Shown here one piece after another: positions 1 through 13,147 of a stretch of 64,000 nt of DNA (its first letter is position 1; each line of letters starts with the position of its first letter). Source of the stretch: Malacoraja senta (taxonomy: Eukaryota); contig JAXLNO010000467.1 of NCBI GenBank assembly GCA_038087875.1, forward strand, positions 62,001-126,000, written 5' to 3'. Position numbers and translations under genes: made by a program. Below the pieces are notes generated by a model that saw only the letters and a list, made by a program, of their open reading frames with translations, made no database searches and was not told where the DNA came from.

Positions 1-3000
1 TATGGCGACCTTGCCGTAAATATGGCGAACTTGCCGGAAATATGGCGACCTTGCCGGATATGTGGCGAACTTGCCGGATCTATGGCGGCCTTGCCGGAAA
101 TATGGCGACGTCACCGGATTTGTGCAGATCTTGCCGGATTTATGGCGACCTTGCCGGATTTATGGCGACCTTGCCGGAAATATGGCGACCTCGTCGGATT
201 TATGGCGACCTTGCCGGATTTATGGCGACCTTGCCTGAAATATGGCGAACTTACCGGATTGGTGCCGACCTTGCCGGATTTATGGCGACCTTGCCAGAAG
301 TATGGCGACGTCGCTGGATTTATGGCGACCTTGCCGGAAATACGGCGACCTCTTCAGATTTATGGCGACCTTGCCAGATTTATAGCGACCTTGCCGGATT
401 TGTGGCAATCTTGCCGGAAATACGGCGACCAAGCCGGAACCATGTCGACCTTGCCGGATTTCTGGCGACCTTGCCGGAAATACGGCGACCTTGCCGGATT
501 TATGGCGACTAGCTGGAGATATGGCGACCTCGCCGGAATTATGGCAACCTTGCCGGAAATATGGCGTCCTCGCCGGATTTATGGCGATCTTGCCGGATTT
601 ATGGCGACCTTGGCGGAAATATGGCGACCTCGCCGGATTTATGGCGACCTTGCCGGATTTATGGCGACCTTGCCAGAAATATAGCGACCTCGCCGGATTT
701 ATCGCGACATTGCCGGATTCATGGCGGCCTTGCTGGAAATATAGCGAGCTCGCCGGATTTATGGCGACCTTGCCGGATTTATGGCGACCTTGCCGGAAAT
801 ATGGCGACCTCATCGGATTTGTGGCGACCTAGCTGGATTTGTGGCGACCTTGTCGGATTTATGGCGACCTTGCCGGAAATATGGCGACTTTGCCGGATTT
901 GTGGCGACCTTGCCGTAAATATGTCGACCATGCCGGAAATATGGCGACCTTGCCGGATTTGTGGCGACCTTGCCGGAAATATGGCGAACGCCGGATTTAT
1001 GGCGACCATGCCGGATTTATGGCAACCTTGCCGGAAATATGGCGAGCTCGCCAGATTTATGGCGACCTTGCCAGATGTATGGCGACCTTGCGGGAAATAT
1101 GGCGACCTCGCCGGATTTATGGCGAACTTGCCGGATTTATGGCGACCTTGCCGTAAATATGGCGAACTTGCCGGAAATATGGCGACCTTGCCGGATATGT
1201 GGCGAACTTGCCGGATCTATGGCGGCCTTGCCGGAAATATGGCGACGTCACCGGATTTGTGCCGATCTTGCCGGATTTATGGCGACCTTGCCGGATTTAT
1301 GGCGACCTTGCCGGAAATATGGCGACCTCGTCGGATTTATGGCGACCTTGCCGGATTTATGGCGACCTTGCCTGAAATATGGCGAACTTACCGGATTGGT
1401 GCCGACCTTGCCGGATTTATGGCGACCTTGCCAGAAGTATGGCGACGTCGCTGGATTTATGGCGACCTTGCCGGAAATACGGCGACCTCTTCAGATTTAT
1501 GGCGACCTTGCCAGATTTATAGCGACCTTGCCGGATTTGTGGCAATCTTGCCGGAAATACGGCGACCAAGCCGGAACCATGTCGACCTTGCCGGATTTCT
1601 GGCGACCTTGCCGGAAATACGGCGACCTTGCCGGATTTATGGCGACTAGCTGGAGATATGGCGACCTCGCCGGAATGGCAACCTTGCCGGAAATATGGCG
1701 TCCTCGCCGGATTTATGGCGATCTTGCCGGATTTATGGCGACCTTGGCGGAAATATGGCGACCTCGCCGGATTTATGTCAACCTTGCCGCATTTTATGAC
1801 GACCTTGGCAGAAATATGGCGACCTCGCCGGATTTATGGCGACCTTGCCGGATTTATGGCGACCTTGCCAGAAATATAGCGACCTCGCCGGATTTATCGC
1901 GACATTGCCGGATTCATGGCGGCCTTGCTGGAAATATAGCGAGCTCGCCGGATTTATGGCGACCTTGCCGGATTTATGGCGACCTTGCCGGAAATATGGC
2001 GAGCTCGCCAGATTTATGGCGACCTTACCAGATTTATGGCGACCTTGCCGGAAATATGGCGACCTCGCCGGATTTATGTCAACCATGCCGGATTTATGAC
2101 GACCTTGGCAGAAATATGGCGACCTCGCCGGATCTATGGCGACCTTGCCGGAAATATGGCGGTCTCGCCGGATTTATCGGGACTGCCGGATTTATGGCGA
2201 ACTTGCCTGAAATATGGTAACCTCGCCGGATATGTTGCGACCTTGCCGGATTTATGGCGACCTTGCCGGAAAAATGGCAACCTCGCCGGATTTGTGGCGA
2301 CCTTGCCGTATTTATGGCGACCATGCCGTGAAAAATGGCGGCCTCGCCGAAGTTGTGGCGACCTTGCCGGATTTATGGCGACCTTGCCGGAAATATGGCG
2401 ACCTTCCCGGATTATTGGCGACGTTGCCGTAAATATGGCGACCTTGCCGGAAATATCGCGACCTTGCCGGATTTGTGGCGACCTTGCCGGAAATATGGCG
2501 ACCTTGCCGGAAATATGGCGACCTTGCCGGATTAGTGGCGACCTTGCCGGATATATGGCGACCTTGCCGGGAATATGGTGACCTTGCCGGATTTGTGGCG
2601 ACCTTGCCGGATTCATGGCGAACTTGCCGGAAATATGGCGACCTTGCCGGATTTGTGGCGAACTTGCCGGATTCATGGCGGCCTTGCCGGAAATATGGAG
2701 ACCTCGCCGGATTTGTGCCGACCTTGCCGGTTTATGGCGACCTTGCCGGATTTATGGCGACCTTGCCGGAAATGTGGCGACCTCGCCGCATTTATGGCGA
2801 CCTTGCCGGATTTATGGCGGTCTTGCCTGAAATATGGCGAACTTACCGGATTGGTGCCGACCTAGCCGGATTTATGGCGACCTTGCCAGGAATATGGCGA
2901 CGTCGCTGGATTTATGGCGACCTTGCCGGACATATGGCGACCTCTTCGGATTTATAGCGACCTTTCCGGATTTGTGGCGTCCTTGCCGGAAATACGGCGA

Positions 3001-6000
3001 CCAAGCCGGAACTATGTCGACCTTGCCGGATTTCTGGCGACCTTGCCGGAAATACGGCGATCTAGCCGGAACTATGGCGACCTTGCCGGATTTGTGGCAA
3101 TCTTGCCGGAAATACGGCGAACTTGCCGGAACTATGGCGAATTCGCCGGATTTGTGTCGAATTTGCCGGATTTATGGCGATCTTGCCGGAAATATGGCGA
3201 CCTCGCCGGATTTATGCGGACCTTGCCGTATTTATGGCGACCTTGCCGGAAATATGGCGACCTCTTCGGATTTATGGCGACCTTGCCGGATTTATAGCGA
3301 CCTTGCCGGATTTGTGATGACCTTGCCGGAAATACGGCGACCAAGCCGGAACTATGTCGACCTTCCCGGATTTCTGGCGACCTTGCCGGAAATACGGCGA
3401 TCTTGCCGGAACTATGGCGACCTTGCCGGGTTTGTGGCAATCTTGCCGGAAATACGGCGAACTTGCCGGAAATATGGCGAACTCGCCGGAGTTATGCGGA
3501 CCTTGCCGGATTTATGGCGAACTTGCCCGAAATATGGCGACCTCGCCGGATTTATGGCGACCTTGCCGGATTTATGGCGACGTTGCCGGGAATATGGCGA
3601 CCTCGCCGGGAATATGGCGATCTCGCCGGACTTATGGCGACTTTGCCGGATTTATGGCGACTAGCCGGAGATATGGCGACCTCGCCGGAATTATGGCAAC
3701 CTTGTCGGAAATATGGCGTCCTCGCCGGATTTATGGCGATCTCGCCGGATTTATGGCGACCTTGGCGGAAATATGGCGACCTCACCGGATTTATGTAAAC
3801 CTTGTCGGAATTATGACGACCTTGGCGGAAATATGGCGACCTCGCCGGATTTATGGCGATCTTGCCGGATTTATGGCGACCTTGCCGGAAATATAGAGAC
3901 CTCGGCGGATTTATCGCGACATTGCCGGATTTATGGCGACCTTGCTGGAAATATAGCGAGCTCGCCGGATTTATGGCGACCTTGCAGGATTTATGTCGAC
4001 CTTGCCGGAAATATGGCGAGCTCGCCAGATTTATGCCCACCTTGCCAGATTTATGGCGACCTTGCCGGAAACATGGCGACCTCCCCGGATTTATGGCGAC
4101 CTTGCCGGATTTATGGCGACATTGCCGGAAATATGGCGACCTCGCCGGATTTATCGGGACTTTGCCGGATTTGTGGCGAACTTGCCTGAAATATGGTAAC
4201 GTCGCCGGATTTGTTGCGACCTTGCCGGAAAAATGGCGACCTCGCCGGATTTGTGGCGACCTTGCCGTATTTATGGCGACCTTGCCGTGAAAAATGGCGG
4301 CCTCGCCGAATTTGTGGCGACGTTGCCGGATTTATGGCGACTTTGCCGGCAATATGGCGACCTTGCCGGATTAGTGGCGACCTTGCCGTAAATATGGCGA
4401 CCTTCCCGGAAATATGGCGACCTTGCCGGATTTGTGGCGACCTTGCATGAAATATGGCGATCTTGCCGGATTTATGGCGCTTGCCTGAAATATGGCGAAC
4501 TTACCGGATTGGTGCCGACCTTGCCGGATTTTTGGCGACCTTGCCAGAAATATGGCGACGTCGCTGGATTTATGGCGACTTTGCCGGAAATATGGCGACC
4601 TCTTCGGATTTATGGCGAACATGCCGGATTTATAGCGACCTTGCCGGATTTGTGGCGACCTTGTCAGAAATATGGCGACGTCGCTGGATTTATGGCGACC
4701 TTGCCGGAAATATGGCGACCTCTTCGGATTTATGGCGACCTTGCCGGATTTATAGCGACCTTCCCGGATTTGTGGCGACCTTGCCGGAAATACGGCGACC
4801 AAGCCGGAACTATGTCGACCTTCCCGGATTTCTGGCGACCTTGCCGGAAATACGGCGATCTTGCCGGAACTATGGCGACCTTGCCGGATTTGTGGCAATC
4901 TTGCCGGAAATACGGCGAACTTGCCGGAAATATGGCGAAATCGCCGGAGTTATGCGGACCTTGCCGGATTAATGGCGAACTTGCCGGAAATATGGCGACC
5001 TTGCCGGATTTATGGCGACCTTGCCGGGAATATGGCGACCTCGCCGGGAATATGGCGATCTCGCCGGACTTATGGCGACTTTGCCGGATTTATGGCGACT
5101 AGCCGGAGATATGGCGACCTCGCCGGAATTATGGCAACCTTGCCGGAAATATGGCGTCCTCGCCGGATTTATGGCGATCTTGCCGGATTTATGGCGACCT
5201 TGGCGGGAATATGGCGACCTCACCGGATTTATGGCGATCTTGCCGGATTTATGGCGACCTTGCCGGAAATATAGAGACCTCGGCGGATTTATCGCGACAT
5301 TGCCGGATTTATGGCGACCTTGCTGGAAATATAGCGAGCTCGCCGGATTTATGGCGACCTTGCCGGATTTATGGCGACATTGCTGGAAATATGGCGACCT
5401 CGCCGGATTTATCGGGACTTTGCCGGATTTGTGGCGAACTTGCCTGAAATATGGTAACGTCGCCGGATTTGTTGCGACCTTGCCGGACTGATGGCGACCT
5501 TGCCGGAAAAATGGCGACCTCGCCGGATTTGTGGCGACCTTGCCGTATTTATGGCGACCTTGCCTTGAAAAATGGCGTCCTCGCCGAATTTGTGGCGACG
5601 TTGCCGGATTTATGGCGACTTTGCCGGAAATATGGCGACCTTGCCGGATTAGTGGCGACCTTGCCGTAAATATGGCGACCTTCCCGGAAATATGGCGACC
5701 TTGCCGGATTTGTGGCGACCTTGCATGAAATATGGCGATCTTGCCGGATTTATGGCGCTTGCCTGAAATATGGCGAATTTACCGGATTGGTGCCGACCTT
5801 GCCGGATTTTTGGCGACCTTGCCAGAAATATGGCGACGTCGCTGGATTTATGGCGACTTTGCCGGAAATATGGCGACCTCTTCGGATTTATGGCGGACTT
5901 GCCGGATTTATAGCGACCTTGCCGGATTTGTGGCGACCTTGCCAGAAATATGGCGACGTCGCAGGCTTTATGGCGACCTTGCCGGAAATATGGCGACCTC

Positions 6001-8922
6001 TTCGGATTTATGGCGACCTTGCCGGATTTATAGCGACCTTGCCGGATTTGTTGCGACCTTGCCGGAAATACGGCGACCTCGCCGGAGCTATGACGACCTT
6101 GCCGGATTTCTGGCGCCCTTGCCGGAAATACGGCGACCTCGCCGGATTTATGGCGACCTTGCCGGATTTATGGCGACCTTGCCGGGAATATGGCGACCTC
6201 GACGGGAATATGGCGACCTCGCCGGACTTATGGCGACCTTGCCGGATTTATGGCGACTAGCCGGAGATATGGCGACCTCGCCGGAATTATTGCAACCTTG
6301 CCGGAAATACGGCGTCCACGCCGGATTTATGGCGATCTTGCCGGATTTATGGCGACCTTGGCGGAAATATGGCGACCTCGCCGGATTTATGGCGACCTTG
6401 CCAGATTTATGGCGACCTTTGCGGAAATATGGCCGCCTCGCCGGATTTATGGCGACCTTGCCGGAAATATGGCGTCCACGCCGGATTTATGGCGATCTTG
6501 CCGGATTTATGGCGACCTTGGCGGAAATATGGCGACCTCGCCGGATTTATGTCAACCTTGCCGGATTTATGACGACTTTGGCGGAAATATGGCGACCTCG
6601 CCGGATTTATGGCGACCTTGCCAGATTTATGGCGACCTTGCCGGAAATATGGCGACCTCGCCGGATTTATGGCGACCTTGCCGGATTTATGGCGACATTG
6701 CCGGAAATATGGCGACCTCGCTGGATTTATCGGGACTTTGCCGGATTTATGGCGAACTTGCCTGAAATATGGTAAGCTCGCCGGACTTGTTGCGATCTTG
6801 CCGGACTTATGGCGACCTTGCCGGAAAAATGGCGACCTCGCCGGATTTGTGGCGACCTTGCCGTATTAAGGCGACATTGCCGTGAAAAATGGAGGCCTCG
6901 CCGAATTTGTGGCGACCTTGCCGGATTTATGGCGACCTTGCCGGATATATGGCGACCTTGCCGGATTAGTTGCGACCTTCCCGTAAATATGGCGACCTTC
7001 CCGGAAATATGGCGATCTTGCCGGATTTATGGCGCTTGCCTGAAATATGGCGAACTTACCGGATTGGTGCCGACCTTGCCAGAATTATGGCGACCTTGCC
7101 AGAAATATGGCGATGTCGCTGGATTTATGGCGACCTTGCCGGAAATATGGCGTCCACGCCGGATTTATGGCGATCTTGCCGGATTTATGGCGACCTTGGC
7201 GGAAATATGGCGACCTCGCCGGATTTATGTCAACCTTGCCGGATTTATGACGACCTTGGCGGAAATATGGCGACCTCGCCGGATTTATGGCGACCTTGCC
7301 GGATTTATGGCGACATTGCCGGAAATATGGCGACCTCGCTGGATTTATCGGGACTTTGCCGGATTTATCGCGAACTTGACTGAAATATGGTAACCTCGCC
7401 GGACTTGTTGCGACCTTGCCGGACTTATGGCGACCTTGCCGGAAAAATGGCGACCTCGCCGGATTTGTGGCGACCTTGCCGTATTAAGGCGACATTGCCG
7501 TGAAAAATGGCGGCCTCGCCGAATTTGTGGCGACCTTGCCGGATTTATGGCGACCTTGCCGGATATATGGCGACCTTGCCGGATTAGTGGCGACCTTGCC
7601 GTAAATATGGCGACATTCACGGAAATATGGCGACCTTGCCGGATTTGTGGCGACCTTGCATGAAATATGGCGATCTTGCCGGATTTATGGCGCTTGCCTG
7701 AAATATGGCGAACTTACCGGATTGGTGCCGACCTTGCCAGATTTATGGCGACCTTCCCAGAAATATGGCGATGTCGCTGGATTTATGGCGACCTTGCCGG
7801 AAATATGGCGACCTCTTCGGATTTATGGCGACCTTACCGTGTTGGTGCCGACCTTGCCGGATTTATGGCGACCTTGTCGGAAATATGGCGACGTCGCTGG
7901 ATTTATGGCGACCTTGCCGGAAATCTGGCGACCTCGTCGGATTTATGGCGACCTCGTCGGATTTATAGCGACCTTGCCGGATTGTTGGCGACCTTGCCGG
8001 AAATACGGCGACCTTGCCGTAACTATGGCGACCTTGCCGGATTTGTAGCGATCTTGCCGGAAATACGGCGACCTTGCCGGAACTATGGCGAACTTGCCGG
8101 ACTTGTGGCGACCTTGCCGGATTTGTGGCGACCTTGCCGGAAATATGGCGACCTCGCCGGATTTATGCCGACCTTGCCGGATTTATGGCGACCTTGCCGG
8201 AAATATGGCGACCTCGCCGGATTTATGGCGACCTTGCCTGATTTATGGCGACCTTGCCGGGAATATGGCGACCTCGCCGATAATATGGCGACCTCCCCGG
8301 ACTAATGGCGACCTTGCCGGATTTATGGCGACTAGCCGGAAATATGGCGACCTCGCCGGAATTATGGCAACCTTGCCGGATTTATGGCGACTTTGCCGGA
8401 AATATGGGGAGCTCGCCAGATTTATGGCGACCTTGCCGAAATTATGGCGACCTTGCCGGATTTATAGCGACCTTGCCGGTAGTATGGCGACCTCTCCGGA
8501 TTTATGGCGACCTTGCCGGATTTATGACGACCTTGCCTGAAATATAGTAACCTCGCCGGATTTGTGGCGACCTTGCCGGATTTAGTGCGACCTTGCCGGA
8601 AAAGTGGCGACCTCGCCGGTTTGTGGCGACCTTGCCGTATTTATGGCGACTTGCCGGAAATATTGGCGACCTGGCCGAATTTGTGGCGACCTTGCCGGAT
8701 TTATGGCGACCTTGCCGGAAATATGGCGACCTTTCCGGATTAGTGGCGACCTTGCCGTAAATATGGCAACATTGCCGGAAATATGGCGACCTTGCCGGAT
8801 TTGTGGCGACCTTGCCGGAAATATGGCGACCTCGCCGGATTTATGGCGACCTTGCCGGATTGATGGCGATCTTGCCTGAAATATGGCGACCTTACCGGAT
8901 TGGTGCCGACTTTGCCGGATAT
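1..8922. repeat. 20-bp tandem satellite (consensus TATGGCGACCT(T/C)GCCGGA(TT/AA)); runs off the left edge of the window
   Basis: Continuous 20-bp monomers with occasional 19-bp variants. Larger blocks recur: position 1 recurs at 1138, and the block at 4434 recurs at 5712. All ORF-track ORFs here are permutations of MATLPDLWRPCRKYGDLAGF. Confidence 0.97.
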
Positions 8923-9294
8923 ATAAAGGCTGATATAAAGGCTACACTCGTGGGAAAGGAGACAGAGCTAACATTTCCCGTCCTCCTTGCATCTAAATCA
9001 GATTCGTTTGTCTTTTCCAAATTCTGGCGAACTGGTCTGTTGGTGCGTCCATCACTTCCTCGATGCCACTAGGTGTAGCGAATTAATTTAACTCTTCAAT
9101 TACCGCGAATAATGTGTGAAGAGATCTGAAACGTCAGCCGGCTAACATTGTACTTAACCCGATAAGTAATGGTCACTTCATCTGTTAGTCACAATCCTCC
9201 TACGACGCACAGACGTAATATCAAGCTTTAACTTCTGCAACTTTGAATGTATATTTACGGAATTTACCGTGTGTTGATGCTATGATGGGTCTCG

Positions 9295-10650
9295 ATCAGT
9301 TCCTGTGGACTGGTGGGTAGCCAATGTAACCCCACTTTAAAAAAAAAGAAAACGGGGAATTATGGACCAGTTAGCCTTACATCGGTAGTGGGAAACTACT
9401 GGAGTCGATCATTAAAGATGTTATAGCAGCGCATTTGGAAAACAGTGACAGGATCTGAAAAGTCAGCATGGATTTAAAAAGAGGAAATCACGCTTTACTA
9501 ATCTTTTGGAAATTTTTGATGGCGTAACAAGTAGAATGGATAAGGAAGAGCCAGTGGACATAGTGTATCTGGACTTTCAAAATGCCTTTGACAAGGTTCC
9601 ACACAGGAGATTACTGTGCAAAATGAGTGAACATGGTTTTGGGGCTGGGGTATTGACATGGATAGTAAACTGGTTGGCAGACAGGAAGCAAAGAGTCATT
9701 TTCAGAATGGCAGGTAGTTTACAATACATGTTAACGATTTAGACGAGCGAATTAAATGTAACATTTCTAACTTTGCGGATGACACAAAGCTATGTGGCAG
9801 TGTTAGGGGCGAGGAGGATGCCATGAGGCTGCAGGGTGACTTGGATAGGTTGGGTGAGTGGGTAGAAGCATGGCAGATGCAGCATAATGTGGATAAATGT
9901 GAGGTTATCCACTTTGGTGGCAAGAACAGGAAGGCAGATTATTATCTGAATGGTGTCAGATTAGGAGAAAGGGAGGTACAACGAGACCATGTGTGCTTGT
10001 ACATCAGTCACTGAAAGTAAGCATGCAGGTACAGCAGGCAATGAAGAAAGCCAATTGCATGTTGGCCTTCACTGCGAAAGGATTTGAGTTTAGGACCAAG
10101 GAGTTATACAAGACCCCGGTGAGACCACATCTGGAGTATTGTGTGCAGTTTTGATCTCCTAATTTGAGGAAGGACATCCTTGATATTGAAGCAGTGCAGC
10201 GTAGATTCACAAGGTTAATGCCCGGGATGGCGGGACTGTCATATGAAGAAAGATTGGAAAGAGTGGGCTAGTATTCACTGAAATTTAGGATTAGAGGGGA
10301 TCTTATGTAAATGTATAACATTATAACAGGGCTGGACAAGCAAGATGCAGGAAAAATGTTCCCAATGATGGGCCACAGTCCAAGAATAAAGGGGAGGCCA
10401 TTTAAAACTGAGATGAGAAAAAAACGCATTCATCCAGTGAGTTGTGAATGTGTGGAATTCTCTGCCACAGGCTGTGGAGGTCAATTCACGGAATGAATTT
10501 AAAAGAGAGTTAGATGGAGCTCCAGGCGCTAGCGGAATCAAGGGATGTGGGGAGAAGGCAGGCACGGATTACTGATTGTGGATGATCAGCCATGATCACA
10601 ATAAAATACGGTGCAGGCTCGAAGGGCCAAATGGCCTCCACCTGCACCTA
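9295..10650 (+). mobile_element. CR1-clade LINE, 5'-truncated, degenerate RT and 3' UTR
   Basis: Fragments VDIVYLDFQNAFDKVPH and LQGDLDRLGEW..NVDKCEVIHFG, with frameshifts. 3' end TTTCTACGTTTCTATGT. Confidence 0.92.
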
Positions 10651-11042
10651 TTTTCTACGTTTCTATGTCTGAAACAATTGTTCCCAAACTTGAAAGCAAC
10701 GAATTCAACTAATGTTATGCATTTATTGATAGATTTGTTCATAGTTTACGTTCAATTGATGTATTGTTCCTTCACATGCAGATTTAGTTTTTTTGGATGA
10801 CAAATGAAATCGTTATGAGGCAAGATTGTCAGTTAATTTTGCACCAAAGTCACCAAATTGGACATGAGCAAACGCAAAGAAATTAATTCGTAGATTTATT
10901 TGCTCGTGTCAAAATTCAAAGCCTTCCTTTGAAATTAATATGCTAATCTATGAGGAGGATTTTGTAACCAGTTTAAAGAGGACATCGGTAGTTTATCAGA
11001 ATTAACGCTGAATTTACATATGAAATATGGAGAAATGTGATG

Positions 11043-11310
11043 TTTAGTATAGTTTAGAGATACAGCGTGTAAACAGTCCATACCGATCACCATCACCCAT
11101 ACACTTGTTCTATCCTACACACTAGGGACAATTTATAGGCCAATAAACCTACAAACCTGCATGTCATTGAGACGTAGAAGGAGACTGGAGCACCCATGCG
11201 GTCACGGGGAGAATGTACAAACTCCACACAGACAGCATCCATAGTCAGGATTGAACTTGGCTTTCTGGCGCTGTAAAGCAGCAACTCTACCGCTGCGCCA
11301 CTGTGCAGCC
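11043..11310 (-). mobile_element. tRNA-derived V-SINE (HE1-like)
   Basis: Minus strand reads GGCTGCACAGTGGCGCAGCGGTAGAG (A box), then AGTTCAATCC (B box), then TGTGTGGAGTTTGTACATTCTCCCCGTG (V-domain-like), ending in a (CTAAA)n-like tail. Confidence 0.75.
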
Positions 11311-11779
11311 AATGATTCATTTGGACAAAGCCTAGACTAAGTTGCAGATTATTTATTGAATTGAATTGAATGATACAGCACGGAAACAAGCCCTTCGGCC
11401 AATAGAGTTCATGCCGATTTGTGATCACCTGTACACACGCTTAGGAACATAGGAACTCAATATCAGACGTTCTAAAAGAGTTCTTCCTATTAACTTTTTA
11501 TAATTGGCTTCAAAGCCTTCTTTTAACTAGCCTGTGAAGTCTCCTTCACGTTAACTACTTATAATTAGCTTTGAAGCCGATAGATTTGCTGATCTTTTAT
11601 CAGCATTCCAGAATTTTGAGGCATATTTAAGTTGAGAAAAATAGGCCTCCAATTTTTGTCCCACCTTATTCACCATTGTCCTGCGATGTAAATGGAACAA
11701 GTTTCATTCAGATTTATGTTATATTTTACACGTTATTGACATTTTAAAATGTACAAAAAACACTTTTCCAATTGCCCTG

Positions 11780-12200
11780 CCGTGTTCGACGTCACAACGA
11801 CATCACAATGGGATCCAAACCACTTTTCCACTTCCCTGCCCGTCAGCCGTGTTCGACGTCACAACGTCAGAATGGGTACCCAACAGGTCCGCGCCTACGC
11901 AGTTGGCCCGCCGCCATCTTGACATCCCAACGGGTTCACGCGCATTTGCCTGGCCTCACAAAGGGGACCCAACGGCTCCACAGGTAAGTTTTGTTCTATT
12001 TTACAAGCTGCTCCACGGTTCTCTATTCACTTTATTAACTTTAACTTAATTTCTGCCGTCAACGGCACAACTTTGAATGCGGCAGTCGTGCCTGCACAGT
12101 GCGGGCCTGTCATCCTCGCTTGCGCAGTTTAGTGAAATATTGCGTTGGCGGAACGGGACTTCCGTGTGACAGGGACCCAATGGGTCCCCCGGCCATCTAG
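11780..12200 (+). mobile_element. Putative non-autonomous Helitron-like element (3' end visible)
   Basis: Hairpin GGGACCCA-A-TGGGTCCC lies about 10 nt before CTAG|T at 12197-12201. Degenerate GACCCAACGG-like motifs occur upstream. The 5' end is not defined. Confidence 0.45.
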
Positions 12201-12365
12201 TAGATATTTCAATATGGAGTTAAACACTATTAATAACTATTTACAGGTACAGTGTTGGAACGACTTAGTAGTGTTGGACTCACTGATTAACATTGATAAC
12301 CGCTGGAAGTAGGGATGTTTCAAGTGTCTCCCCATAAAGGTTGGCCGCACGTTCACCAAATAAAC

Positions 12366-12889
12366 CTATAAATGCAAGTGGACAATTTGCACTGAATCAA
12401 TGTTGCAACCCGTTAAGAAGAAAGGATAGAGTTTCTCAGTGAATTTGTCCCTCAAAGTGTACATATGTGACATGTCATCGGCATTGTACAGTGTCACCTG
12501 GCCAGCCACATAGTTCAGGTGGATGCCAGATCTCTGGGGTTTGACTGGAACAGGGAGTGCAGTACGTGGTGAAGACATAGTGGTATATTCCTCTCCCAGC
12601 CGCCACAATACTCAGGCACTGGATTTTGGTTCCGGTTTGAACTCTGCTTTCCTCAGTACCGACGCTTTTACCACTCCCACACTCCACACGGTGGTCCTTC
12701 CGACCTCGACCTCTCAGTAGTGGCTCCCAATATTGATGCCCTGAGATGCCAGGACACCGTGCCACTGCACAAATCGCTATGGTTTGTCAGGGACCTTCTG
12801 TTTAGCACCAAGTCTGATGGCCGTCAGGTCACTGGACAGGATGTGTCTCGGATGCGCAGTGTCCGGATTCAGCTTCAGTTTGATTGGGA
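12366..12889 (-). pseudogene. PRY-SPRY (B30.2) terminal exon of a TRIM-like gene with three in-frame stops
   Basis: After acceptor CTCTTCAG the frame reads PIKLKLNPDTAHPRHILSSDLTAIRLGAKQKVPDKP*RFVQWHGVLASQGINIGSHY*EVEVGRTTVWSVGVVKASVLRK...SSA*VLWRLGEEY...LNYVAGQVTLYNADDMSHMYTLRDKFTEKLYPFF. Stops at 12777-12779, 12714-12716 and 12612-12614. Confidence 0.93.
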
Positions 12890-13147
12890 CTGAAGAGGAG
12901 AAAAAGTCTGCATGGTGAATTCACGCGATTTGCCAATCAAACATTTTGACACATTCAGTGGTTGGTCAATATACATTCACGCACAGTAAATGAACATGTA
13001 ACAGGAAACTGCAGATGCTGGATATCAAAAATAAAAGTGGGAAATGTTACAAGATGCTGTTTCCTTTTTGCTCAGTTCTGAACACAGGTCGCAGATCTGA
13101 AACGTTATCTGTTTTCACTTTAGTTTAGTTTAGTTTGGAGATATGGC

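Noticed and set aside
1..8922. Dozens of long overlapping ORFs (up to 419 aa)
   Set aside because: A stop-free 20-bp monomer gives the same 20-aa peptide in all three frames. There is no splice or domain evidence of a gene.
11255..11310. tRNA gene
   Set aside because: The A and B boxes run into a V-domain and a LINE-like tail, so it is a SINE head.
12366..12889. Selenocysteine or readthrough recoding of the two TGA codons in the B30.2 exon
   Set aside because: Both fall at positions where Trp (TGG) is expected, and a TAG is also present. Ordinary decay is the simpler explanation.
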